Below are positions 25,700 through 37,600 of a stretch of 64,000 bases of DNA, in pieces (position 1 is the first letter of the stretch; each line of letters starts with the position of its first letter). The notes under the pieces are model-generated. The model made no database searches, was not told where the DNA came from, and was given only the letters and a program-made list of their open reading frames with translations. The position numbers were made by a program, and so were the translations under genes. Source of the stretch: Ylistrum balloti (Eukaryota); assembly GCF_031769215.1 (NCBI RefSeq), contig NW_026782426.1, forward strand, positions 186,001 to 250,000, given 5' to 3'.

Positions 25700-26900
25700 T
25701 TCATGCTTCAGCTTTCTTTATACAGCCATCATCAGGTCCTTTATTCCTATGTTATTTCTGTAATCAATTTGAGATTTTTTTCAAGTAAAACCAATTTTCA
25801 TGATGTAATACTAACCATAACTAAGTGTATAAATACAGTACCTTCACCCATCTTTGTAACCAAGAAAGAAACCCTACAGTTCTATGGGAGAACCTGAAGC
25901 TGAGTGGGTGGGAAAGCCAGTCCAGCCTTGAAGCCAGGAATAGCGAGTTGTGCATTGCTCATCACAGTGGAAACAGACAATTCTGAAAGGAAGTCTGTAA
26001 CCCTGAGACCTGAACGTGGAAGAACAGGCCCGGCATTAAGGCAGCCCCAACCAACAGCAACACCAGGTGTGCTGGGATCACTGAAGGGATCAGTGACCAG
26101 CAGCTGGAAGTCCCTTCCCAAAGACAAAACCAAAGGTTTAATGGAAAGTTTGGCCAAATCAACCCTGGACTGCACTGAGCCAGGGTCAAGCTGTCCCTCC
26201 CCTACTCCAGGGAGGTCTTGGACAAGAGGGACCAAGGCAGGTCAGGCTAAATCATCGATCGGCTCAGAGCCGGAGACTGAGCTTTCTTCTCCTGCTGAAA
26301 GAAAAAGAGTAATCTTACTTACAGCAATAAGAAGATTGCTGGGAAGACTGGGACATCTTGATTTGAGACTCGCCATGAGAACAAAGTTCACACGGGCAAG
26401 ACTCACTGCAAGACTGTCAAAGGGACAAGTGTCATGATGGTCCCATTCTCCAAAGATATGGAAACAGCCATGGGCGGTACCCTGTCATAATTCCACCCGT
26501 GACATACAACAACTAAAAATTTGTAAATAAGTGCATAAAGTTTTGAACAAAAATAAATTAAAACTGCAAAAACAAGCAACGGAAACAAAGGGAAACATAT
26601 ACAAAGCTACAAATGGCAAAAAGCCAAAAACAAGGCTGAAATACAAACAAAAACATTGACGGTAAACTGTAATGGAGGACCACGCTGCACATTACTCAGA
26701 CAGCAAATGGTTAAAAATTGGCAAAACAACAAACAAAAAAATCCTAAGCAAATGTGAATAAAGGGCAGATGGGCATAGGAATGCAAACTGAGACAAAAAC
26801 AATTCTCAAAAACCAACAGAGTGGCTGACAGGCAAGAAAATGAGAGCACTCATCTGACACACATCAGCCATCAGTAGCGCCTTAAAGGAAAGAGGAAGAG
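25700..26900 (-). mobile_element. Possible degenerate 5' fragment of a DIRS-like element (gag/ORF1 N-terminal Cys/His finger)
   Basis: GC-richer island. Minus strand with one frameshift reads GCFHIFGEWDHHDTCP...CSESCPCELCS, then Ser/Pro-rich sequence. This resembles my recollection of DIRS ORF1 N-termini; no RT motif is recognisable. Confidence 0.35.
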
Positions 26901-29699
26901 AGATCACTTTATGTCTCTGTTGTAATGGCTCATGGGACTGTAGGAAGGACAGGATTTTTTAATACTTTGTTTTTGGGCTACAAAGTCATTGTAGGTACTG
27001 TATTTGCATACTAAACTTTTATGGTAATTATTTCTATAATTAAATATACCCTTACAGAAATCAGAGGACTAACAACTCTATTTCTAGTAGGTTATACTTA
27101 AATGCCTTATGATTGCAAAGGTCAAAGGTGAAGAGTCAAGTTTACTGTAATTGAAAATTGTACCCCTGCTGGATTCTTTAAAATCATGTTTATCCTGTAA
27201 TAAGCCTTGGGAGCAAAACAAGATATTAAGTACCAACACAAGATTTCTTTATTCATCTCAGACACACAAAGTGTGTAATTAGAGGTCAATACAATCTTTG
27301 CCTTTTAAATTTTAGGTTACATCATTACTGACGTAATATTACATGTTCTTATTGCATACATTGATGTCACTAATTACCATGTATTACGGTGGTAAGTATA
27401 CATTAAGTATAGATAATTATAGTAGTGTCACAGGCTATTAACAACATGTTAAATAATACCAACAATATCATAGCATATCAGATATTTTTTGTACAAATTA
27501 ACTTACATTTACTAATAGATTTTTATTAAAAAAAGTAAACGTACCTTTCATTTTACGATGATTTGGTTTCGTGTAAAAATGCAATAGAATAAATTCACGG
27601 CTTAATTATACTACATTAACACTATTACAGACATTGAAATAATCGTATTCATCTCCAATACCCGCACTACACAATGGGTATATGAGGAAACCATTACATT
27701 GCAGAGGTGGGCTTGATATTACAGAATTAGAATCAAATAGCATTTGTTGGTTATTCTATTGATCCGAGAGTATTTACGCTTATAAGCAGGCATGGACTCA
27801 TGACAAGATATTTTACATACCACCTGTATTTTAGTTTTTTTTCCTGCTCGGTTTAAAGAGAAATTTCCCCTAGACCTTGAGTCTCTGTACATTGTAATTT
27901 AAGTGCAATTATATCTACTGACCCAATGATGCTTTATCATGATCAAGCATTTTATGCCAGTGTAGTCTGAAAAGGATTGGCATGTTAAACTCTGTTCATA
28001 CAGTTTAGTATATTCTCAATTTTTAATCATTAAAATATCTAGCTTATAAATACATTTGACGGTAACAAAGATATTCTATTTGTGCTATTTTTAGTTTTAC
28101 TGTGTAATTTTGGCATTGAGACAATATTGAAGAAAAGTTAGTTAGCTTTAAAAACATTACAAAAGATTTTGATGCAATAAAGTCTGTAGTAAGTTTGAAA
28201 CAATGAATTGTGATACACAGAAATTATGCAATAACCAAAAGTATTTTAAACATCTCTTTTAGAAAACATCACTGAACATTGAAATACGTTAGAATAAAAT
28301 TATGAATTTAATGATCTGTAAGCTTTAAACCCAAAAATAGAGTAAAAATGACACAAAAACGAAAACTACAGCTTGAAACATAACAGAAGAACTGGATGGA
28401 ATTTTAACAATTATTAAAAATTATTAAACAGCTCATTACACACAAAATTGAACATCCTTTACTTGTTTATATTTACATTTTCAAGCTGAAAATATATTTC
28501 AACAATTTGGAAGAGCTCGGATTTTAAGTGTTCATAAAAGATTCAAATAATTGAAACTCAGTAACTAAATACTGCTGATGAAGATTATAATGGTAAAATG
28601 TTTGTACATTTTCAAAATGCTTTTAAAATATTTAAATTAAATTGTTTTTGTTTACATATATTAAGCTGAAGCGACTTTGTGGAATAGACGTCGCAGAACT
28701 TTGGTATTCATTTAACAAAAATAAAAGGCTTTTATTCTAGGTACTAGGTATTAGATTTCACATTATGAACAACCTTCTGTTCCTGGTTGGTGGAATATTT
28801 TAAACATGGTATTTCTTTACTGAATTAAATGTACTCATGCATATTCATGTATGTTACTATAAAACATGTAACTGTTTACATGTAACCTGGAGTAGGAGGA
28901 AGAGATCAGGCACAACCATGTGGTGAATTACTGTTTTAACTATGAAGAATTAAGAGTGTTTTTACATTTGTGATTGGATGCTTAATGAAGTTAATACGTC
29001 TTCAAAGCCTGCTAAGGTAGGACAACAATGTTTCAGCTTTGAGTGTCAGTAATCAAAAGTGTCTCATTCTTATTCTCAGGTTTACATAAAGATCAATGTT
29101 AAATCATAGTTAAATTTTCATTATATACCTCACCTGGCACCAGGTTGGCTTATGGCATATGGCATATTTACTGCAGCACCCATATTGCCCATCCATTTGT
29201 CAACTTCTTGTACTAATTGTTACTAGAAGTGAATGACTGAACAGATTTTGACAAAAATTTGGTCAGAAACATCCTTCAGTGAAGGAGAACAAATTTTGTA
29301 TAAATGTTAGATCTCTGCCCACTAGGGTGGGAGGGAAGGGGCCCAATATGGGAAAAAGAGCAAATTCTTGAAAATAATAAATCTTAGGGACATGCATATT
29401 GTGACAGCAAGACATGAAAAAAAAATCTTGACTTTGGAAATGGTCATTACTTGGTTTGGTCATTAATAGATAGATAATTACTTGTACCTGTGATTTCAAC
29501 ACTAAACAAAGTTGATTAGACATAGAATGAAAACAAGTGTTTGTGTATGTAACAGGATTAAATCTAGGTTAAATGGATAGGTAAGCGTATGATACAGCAT
29601 AACGTGTCTGATATCATAGAAATCTATACAACAAAGAGTGCACAAATTTAAGGCAGGTTTTTTTTTTCATGATCCCCAAAAATTTTTCTGGAGAGCAAG

Positions 29700-30040
29700 T
29701 AGTCCCCATCTTGTCTGTCCATCCTCTGTCTTTCCTTCAACCCTTTCATAAGCATAATTTTGCCTACAATAAGCAAAAATCGTGAAACTTTGTGTATACA
29801 TTAGTCATACTAAGGCAATGTGCATTGTACCAAATTTAGTGCCCTCGACCCTAAACAGAGTTATTGCCCTTTGTTAAAATTCAATAAAGTCGTTTTAGAG
29901 AGCATTCATATGTTTCATTTATACTCTTTGTTTCAAGAGCATAACTTTGCTTGTATTTAAAATAGGATATTGAAACTTGATTTACATATTGATCATACTA
30001 AGATGATGTGCAATGTTCAGAATTCAAGGCTTGCAACCCC
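29700..30040 (+). mobile_element. HINE-like non-autonomous repeat; same family as 49525-50108
   Basis: Shares CTGTCCATC microsatellite-like start, CAGAGTTATTGCCCTTTGTTAAA and TTTTAGAGAGCATTCAT.TGTTTCATTTATACTC with the 49.5-50.1 kb copy. Confidence 0.6.
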
Positions 30041-30758
30041 CTTAATTACCTGGTACAGATTTCTTTTTCATCAATATGCACTATATTACCGTAATATCTA
30101 GTAATATCTGATAAATAAGCCTTATAATGGCTGGTAAAGAGGCAGCCTTTTTTCATGGTTTCAGATTCAGTATGAACATCAGCTATAAGGAATTCTCCGA
30201 CATCAATTAATGACACAAAGTGTTTGGCTGCTTATTAATCAAAAAAAAATTCAAATTCTTTGAATGAGATTCCAATGATACTGTTATAGAAAAATATGGT
30301 CTTCATATTTTCTTTTTTTTTCAAATTTTCAATTTTTTCCTCAATACAATATACAATTAATGATGGGGATAGCTCATCCACATTTTCATACTTTATATAC
30401 CTACATATCCATACATTTGCATACTCATTTCCATATGTGACATAAGGATATAATTAATTATACCCGCATGTCTACAAAAATACCTATCACTTGATGCCAG
30501 ACATTCAATATGTTGATACACTTGTCACATTTCCTCCTTACAATAATAATGATAGTAATAATAACAGACTTTATTTAATGAGAATTTAAGAACCTGTTTA
30601 GCCAAGGCTAATCTTCCAAAAGATCCTCATTATAAAACATGGTGCAAGTAAAAAATACAGAATTGTTCACAAATTAATAAGATTTTCATACATTGATCAC
30701 AGATACATAATTAAGAATATCATAGAATACACAAAAGTTTGTGCCTGTGCCCCACCAA

Positions 30759-30909
30759 TCTAACAGAGGTCATTTTTCATCTCAATGCCTCCACTAGGAA
30801 TCGAACCCCGGACCCCTGGCTTACTAGTCTTACGCTCAACCAATCGAGCTAAAAAGAAGTTCTCTCTAGCCGAGCAGTATGTTGTGGCTTGCATTTTACC
30901 AGGGTAACA
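30759..30909 (-). mobile_element. Solo-LTR-like copy (151 bp) of the tRNA-containing TRIM
   Basis: Reverse complement aligns end to end with LTR2 (23243-23393), with intact A and B boxes. Flanks CCAA/CATA do not form an exact TSD. Confidence 0.85.
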
Positions 30910-31559
30910 CATATCCTTGCATATAAACAATAGTATATACAAGTCTATCCATGTACCATAGGAAAACATTTGACATTCAGTCATATACACATGTTGAGTA
31001 TTTCAATAGTAACCACATTTTAATGGTAAATTATTTCAATAGTAACCATATTTTAATAGTTAACATATTTCAATTTTAATAACATTTTAATGGTAAATAT
31101 TTCAATAATAACCAAATTTTAATGGTGAAATTTTTTAATAGTGACCATGTTTTTAACTGAAAACACATTGCAATAATAACCTCATTTTAATGGTTAACAT
31201 ATTTCAAAAGTAATTATATCATAATGGTAACAATATTATATTGATTATCATGTCTTAATTGCCTCCAATAATTTATTCTATTGGTATTGATATTTTAATG
31301 GGTATCAGATATGTTGGTGATAATCATATTTTGACAGAAACCTTTTAGTAATTATAGTTTTCATTTCTATTTTCAGGTACAGTGACATTCCAAGAATTCT
31401 TTTAAAATGATGAATGATAACATTTAACCAATTTTCGGAACGTAAACAGGAGACACTTTTTTACTGTTAAAGAGGGAACTATCAATTTCTGTGGTTGTGT
31501 TTGCAGAAACTTACAATATTGTGCTGAAGTTTATGAAACATTTTTCTATGAATTATAAC

Positions 31560-31632
31560 ATGGAGTTCTCCACACAGTGCCTTCTCTCAGCAGTTCTTTC
31601 ACTTCTCATCATCAGCACAGTTAATTCTCAGG
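31560..31632 (+). CDS. Gene B signal-peptide exon MEFSTQCLLSAVLSLLIISTVNSQ
   Basis: Hydrophobic core with a small-residue cleavage site; phase-1 donor G|GTGAGT; upstream acceptor TTTTCAG at 31377. Confidence 0.85.
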
Positions 31633-34600
31633 GTGAGTATTGCACATTTGAATTTTCATGTCATGTATGTGTATATAAACGATAGGGTCACATGCATTTG
31701 TTACATTTTTATATGCCCGTCGAAAGATGGACATATTATGGTATGGCCCTGTCCGTCCGTCCGTCCAGCATCCGGCGTTAACTTTTATTTGTCCGGAGAT
31801 CTCCTCCTGCATTTGTTAGCCGATCTTTATGAGACTTGGTAGGCTTAATCACCATGATATGAAATTGTTTCTTACTGAACGGGGTTTTGATTTGGTGATT
31901 TGAACAAGAGTTATGGCCCTTTGTTTATTTCACTATAGAAATCTTGTCCGGAGATCTCCTTCAACATTTTTCAGCCGATCTTTATGAAACTTGGTAGGCT
32001 TAATCACCATGATATGAAATTGTGTTTTCCTGAACGGGGTTTTGATTAGACGATTTGAATAAGAGTTATGCCCCTTTTCTGTTTTGGATATTCACGGGTG
32101 TATTTTGTTCCGCTTTGCAGTACTCTTGTTGATACATTATGGACTTCATACAAAAAATCCATCTCAAAAATATTAACATCCTGTTGGTGTCAGACTCCAT
32201 TTAATGACATCATAGTAATGTTGTTGACACTGAAATTTGCTATCAATAGTTTCTGTGAAATCATTTTAGACATTACACATCATTTAAGATGTAACACAGC
32301 ATTTGATTGGTCAATCAACATTGATTTAATGCTGTTGGCAAAGTTTGGCAAATTAGGCCAACTTTCATATGATTTTGAATTACACATTTAAAAGGCTGAC
32401 ACTTAATGAAATTGATTATTATCACTTTACCTGTTTGAAATATTAAGTCAGATTTTAGTCAGAAATGTTAAAATTCTGATAGGAAGAAGATTAGTTTGCT
32501 TGAAATTTTGTAAGAATCCAGTCGAACACAGATTCAGATGAAAAAAGTCTGGTTGGTTTCTATGAGAAAAGTTTGCCTTAGAATTATGCCCTTTGGTAGC
32601 TAGTCCACTGATGATATGCTAAAAGTCAATGTTTTCCAGTGGTTTCAGTTTTTGAGGATATGATAGGATGAAGAAATAAGAGTATGTGATTTTTTTAAAT
32701 CGATCATACTGCTGTTAATCTGTAAAACTTGTTCTGTTTTGAGATGAAATCTCAATTGACCTGTTGTGATTGTCATTTGTCTGGCGTCATCCGGCATCTG
32801 TCATATGTCTTAAACAATTTACATTTTCAACTTCTTCTCAATAACCAAAAGGTCAAGGGTCATGAGAATGGACCAGTAGCATGCTGGAATGAAGAGCTAC
32901 CAATAAATGACCTTGACCTTCATTCAAGGTCACAGGGGTCAAATATGCTAGACTACAATAACAGACAGTGTTATCAGTTCAATTGAAAAGTATGCCTTCA
33001 AACTTAGAAGCAGTAAAACATTTGTAAGTATTCGTCTTTCTGTTCTGTTCTGTTTGCCCCTATGCTGGAACTAATGGACAGGTTGCTCACCTGGCCTGGT
33101 GAACTTATGGTCTATTGCAGCATCTGTTGTCTGTCTGTCCTTAGTTTTCAGACAAACTGCGATCAATCATAAACAATTGAATAGATTTTGTCCAAAATCC
33201 CCCAAATATCGGGATGAGGGGACCCAATTTTGTATAAATGGTGGTTTTGACTTCGAGCTAAAACAAATATCAAATTTTGGTATTTGAATATTTGAATATT
33301 AATGCTGAAAATTATGTACATGTGCATATATTTAACTAGACACCTGTGTTACATGACTAATTGATATTGCTTTATTTAACTTTTAAAAGGAAAAAAATGT
33401 TGGAAATTTCATATTTGATTTCAATGAATCATATCTTCGATTTGAACATGTCTGTAAAATCTGAAGAGCAAAGACCCAAGTTGCATTGTACATTGGAGGT
33501 CTTTTGGCACTTGTAGCCAGCTGTGATTTTCTTTGCTAGCTATGCTTTTCTTTGCCAGCTATGCTATTATAGGAATTATTTGATTTCGACCAATATTTAA
33601 GTGAAGCTTTATCACGTAATTGATCTAAAGGGGACTTGATTTTGTGTAAAAATGGTGGTCTCTGACTCCCATGGGGCATAAGGGTCATGCCCCAATAGGG
33701 GAAAAGAGCTAATGATTTGAAGAAACCTTCCTCTATAGAAATGGATCTGTCTCAAGGGTGAAGGAGAATCAATTTTGTATAAACTTTGGTTGTCGGCCCC
33801 CTGAGGCAGGAGGGGCAGGGCTCTGCTAGAGAAATAGAGCAAATTTTTCAAAATTGGTCTGAAACATCTTTGGGTGATTTAGACTCCTCAGATTATGTAA
33901 AAAATGATGGATCAAGCAATTGTGTCCATGCAACCAAACTAGGTGATTGATACAGGAACTAGAAGATGTATGAAAATTTGGTTACAGGACTTTTTAAAAA
34001 TCACAACGTTGAAAGAGATGATCTCATTTCAAAATTAGCAAATTTTGATTCTTCATCTTTTTATTTTTACAACAGCTGCACCAGGTACTCCTGCTGTCAC
34101 TGGCTTCCCTAACAACGCAATTGTTGGTGAACTAATCACAGCAACATGTACATCAGTAGGAGGCAACCCTGACCCAACAATGTCGTGGTACCAGAATTCA
34201 ACAGTAAAGCAAAACACTTACACTCTAGAGGTAATACTGGGTCCTCTACAGGTAAAACCATGTACAGGTAGACAAATCATACTTTGTCATCAACAGGTAA
34301 ACCCTGTACAGGTACACAAGTCATACTCTGTCATCAACAGGTAAACCCATGTACAGGTACACAAGTCATACTCTGTCATCAACAGGTAAATCCTGTACAG
34401 GTACACAAATCATACTCTGTCATCAACAGGTAAATCCTGTACAGGTACACAAGTCATACTCTGTCATCTACAGGTAAACCCTGTACAGGTACACAAATCA
34501 TACTCTGTCATCAACAGGTAAACCCTGTACAGGTCCACAAATCATACTCTGTCATCAACAGGTAAACCCTGTACAGGTACACAAATCATACTCTGTCATC

Positions 34601-37600
34601 TACAGGTAAACCCGTGTACAGGTACACAAATCATACTCTGTCATCTACAGGTAAACCCTGTACAGGTACACAAATCATACTCTGTCATCTACAGGTAAAC
34701 CCTGAACAGGTCCACTAATCATACTCTGCCATCAACAGGTCAACCCTGTACAGGTACACAATCATACTCTGTCATCAACAGGTAAACCCATGTACAGGTT
34801 AAAATGTGTTTTGGTAGACAAATAATACTAGGCCGTGAATAGATAAAAACATACAGGTTTAGTAAATGTTATCATTCCAATTCTTTACTAGGACAGGACT
34901 ACCAGGATTTTAATTTTGTCAATGAAGTTTTAGTGCTTTATATATCCTTTTGAATCTTTTCTTCATTAGAACTAGTTCATTGAAATTGTATAAACTGATG
35001 TATTTATTAATTTAACAAGATTTTATAAACTCTTGTAATGAGTTGTTCACTCATCTAGTGAGTCAAATTTTGTAAACTATTGAAGTGTTTGATTCTCTAA
35101 ATTCCTGAAATGTTAGTTATCTATTGTAAATATATGTAACATACTTTGATTTTTTTTGTGACAACAGGTTTCAGGCAATGTAAGGACAACAATGAGTAAT
35201 TACAGCTTCATTGTGATACGGGCTCATGAAAACACTGATTTTTACTGCAGAGCAGGGAATAACCAAGCTAATGTGACTACACTTAAACGTTTCAGTGCTG
35301 TCTATGGTATGTGTTTTCATGTCGTATTAATTTACTTGAGTTCAACTTGTAAATATTGATTATTTTAATGTAAACCTGAAGGTTAAATGAATAAAAAAAT
35401 CCCAAAATTGAAAACACCATGTTATGCGAGATGAGTATAATATATATATAAGATCATAAATTGATAACAAAACTTTCAAAGGAAATGAAAAGTCAATTAG
35501 CAGATATCACGTTTGATTTTTAGCTGAACTGGTCCAAAAGATCCTGATCTTTGACAGTCTTGATTGTCTGTCTATCAATATTGCTAAGGATTCTTTCCAA
35601 AATTTGGTATGAAGCATTTATAGGGGGAAGGGAATCAATTTTGTATAAACAGTGGGGCTCAGCAATTAAGAGCGAGAGGGACAGGACCCAATAAGGGAAA
35701 TAGAGCAAAGATTCTTCTGTAGGAATGACAGGATTTTTTTCCCAGTTTGGTCTGAAGCATCCTTGATTGAAGGAAAATCTATTTTGTATAAAATGTGCAT
35801 CTGGTCCCCCTGGGGCTGAAGGAGCTCTGCTCAAGAAGAGAAATACATAAAAATCTTAAAAACCTTCTATAGTAATGTCATGGGTTCTTTCCCAATTTGG
35901 TCTTAAGCCTCCAGGTGTGAGGGGAAATCAGTTTTATATAAATGTTAGGGGTCTGCCCACCTGAGGCAGAAGGGTTGGCCCCAATGCAGGAAATAGAACA
36001 AATTCTGTTAAATCCTCCTTCTTTGGAAATAATAGAATTTTTTCCAAATTTGATCTGAAGCATCTTTGGGTAAAGGGGGACTAATGTATCAATTAAGGGT
36101 CTGACCCCTTGGAATCAAATGGGTGAGGTCAAGTAGGTGTGACAGAGAAATAGAAAGGATATCTGTCTTCTTCCAATTTTGGTCTGCAGTATCATTGGAT
36201 TGTGGGGATTTGATTTTGTTTAAATCAAAGGTCTGACTTCTTTGCAAAAATGGTTATAATCTTTTCAATTAATTTCAATTTGGCTCAAGCAATGGTGAGT
36301 GATACTGGTCCCATGGGCCTCTTGTTGATGTTTCCTAGAAAATTACTTCAGGCCGCTCATTTTAATAAAATTCTGAATCATAAAAATGAATAGATGTTTA
36401 TTTGGTTTCATTTAGCATCCCAATGTACACATAATGTCCTGTTATGCGAAGATAAAATATTGCATCTAGGTTGTATATAATATTCCAAGGATATGCTGAG
36501 TTTTCCAAGGATTTTCTGAGAATATAATGTGGAGGATCAAGTCTTGACTCATCAAGACATTCCTTGATTTATAATTACTCAATCTTGACTAATTCAGACT
36601 TCTCTGGATTTAACTATCCTGACTAATTCAGACTTAAATGACAATAAGAGAGTCAACATCCATTCTGGATTTTTTTCTGGATATCCCTAGACATCTTGCT
36701 CCAATACTGTCCTGGATTAAATTCTGGGTATCTCTAGATATCCTAATCCACTACTGACCTGAGCTATCCAGACTTAAATGAAATAAGAGATACAACATCC
36801 ATACTGTCCTGGATTAAATTCTGGATATCTCTAGACTAACACAAATGATAATTATGGATAATCCAGGGATATCCATGCATTTTTTCGCAGGGGTATTAGG
36901 TCAAGGGAGATAAATCTAGATAACATAACACTGCTTTGGCTAATATGGCCATAATATACATTAAAAACATTTAAATTCTTTATGAAAAGCAAATACTGAC
37001 ATTATCTTTTACAATGAACTAGTCTTACTGCCAGTAATTCATAAATTTATCATTTTCCAAAAAAATATACTTGTATCAAGCAATTTTCTTGTTATCATAA
37101 TATAGATTTTTATATTGATAATGAAAATGGTCTTACTGAACTTAACAGCTTTCAGATGTTCTCCAATGTGCTGTGTATTTCTCAATTTTCCTTGGTATTT
37201 CTTCTTATTATTATTATTTTCTTCTTATTAGTACCATGAATATGAAGCAAACCAACTTGAATTACCAGCGCAGCATTTATGTAGCTTAAAATTGATAAAA
37301 TCAATCTATTCAATAGTCCCAACTTTTTTGTATTTCATATTGAAAATGAATGATTGAAAGCAATTTACATTGATATTTTAAAATACTGATGGAGAGATCT
37401 CTCCAACATCGGCATCTTTGAGTTTTGAAAAAAAAATTCAAATGATGCCACTTGTTTTACATATTATATCCAAGTGAACAGGATTGAAAATATTTCCACT
37501 TTAAAAAAGCAATACATAGTATTTCAAATACAGTACTAGGAAGTATTAATGTCAATTTTGAGGATTTTCATCATCATCATAGGAGGGCACTAAGATCTCT

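Noticed and set aside
25904-26437. 177-aa + strand ORF as a host protein
   Set aside because: No recognisable domain or splice context; better explained as the antisense shadow of a decayed minus-strand element.
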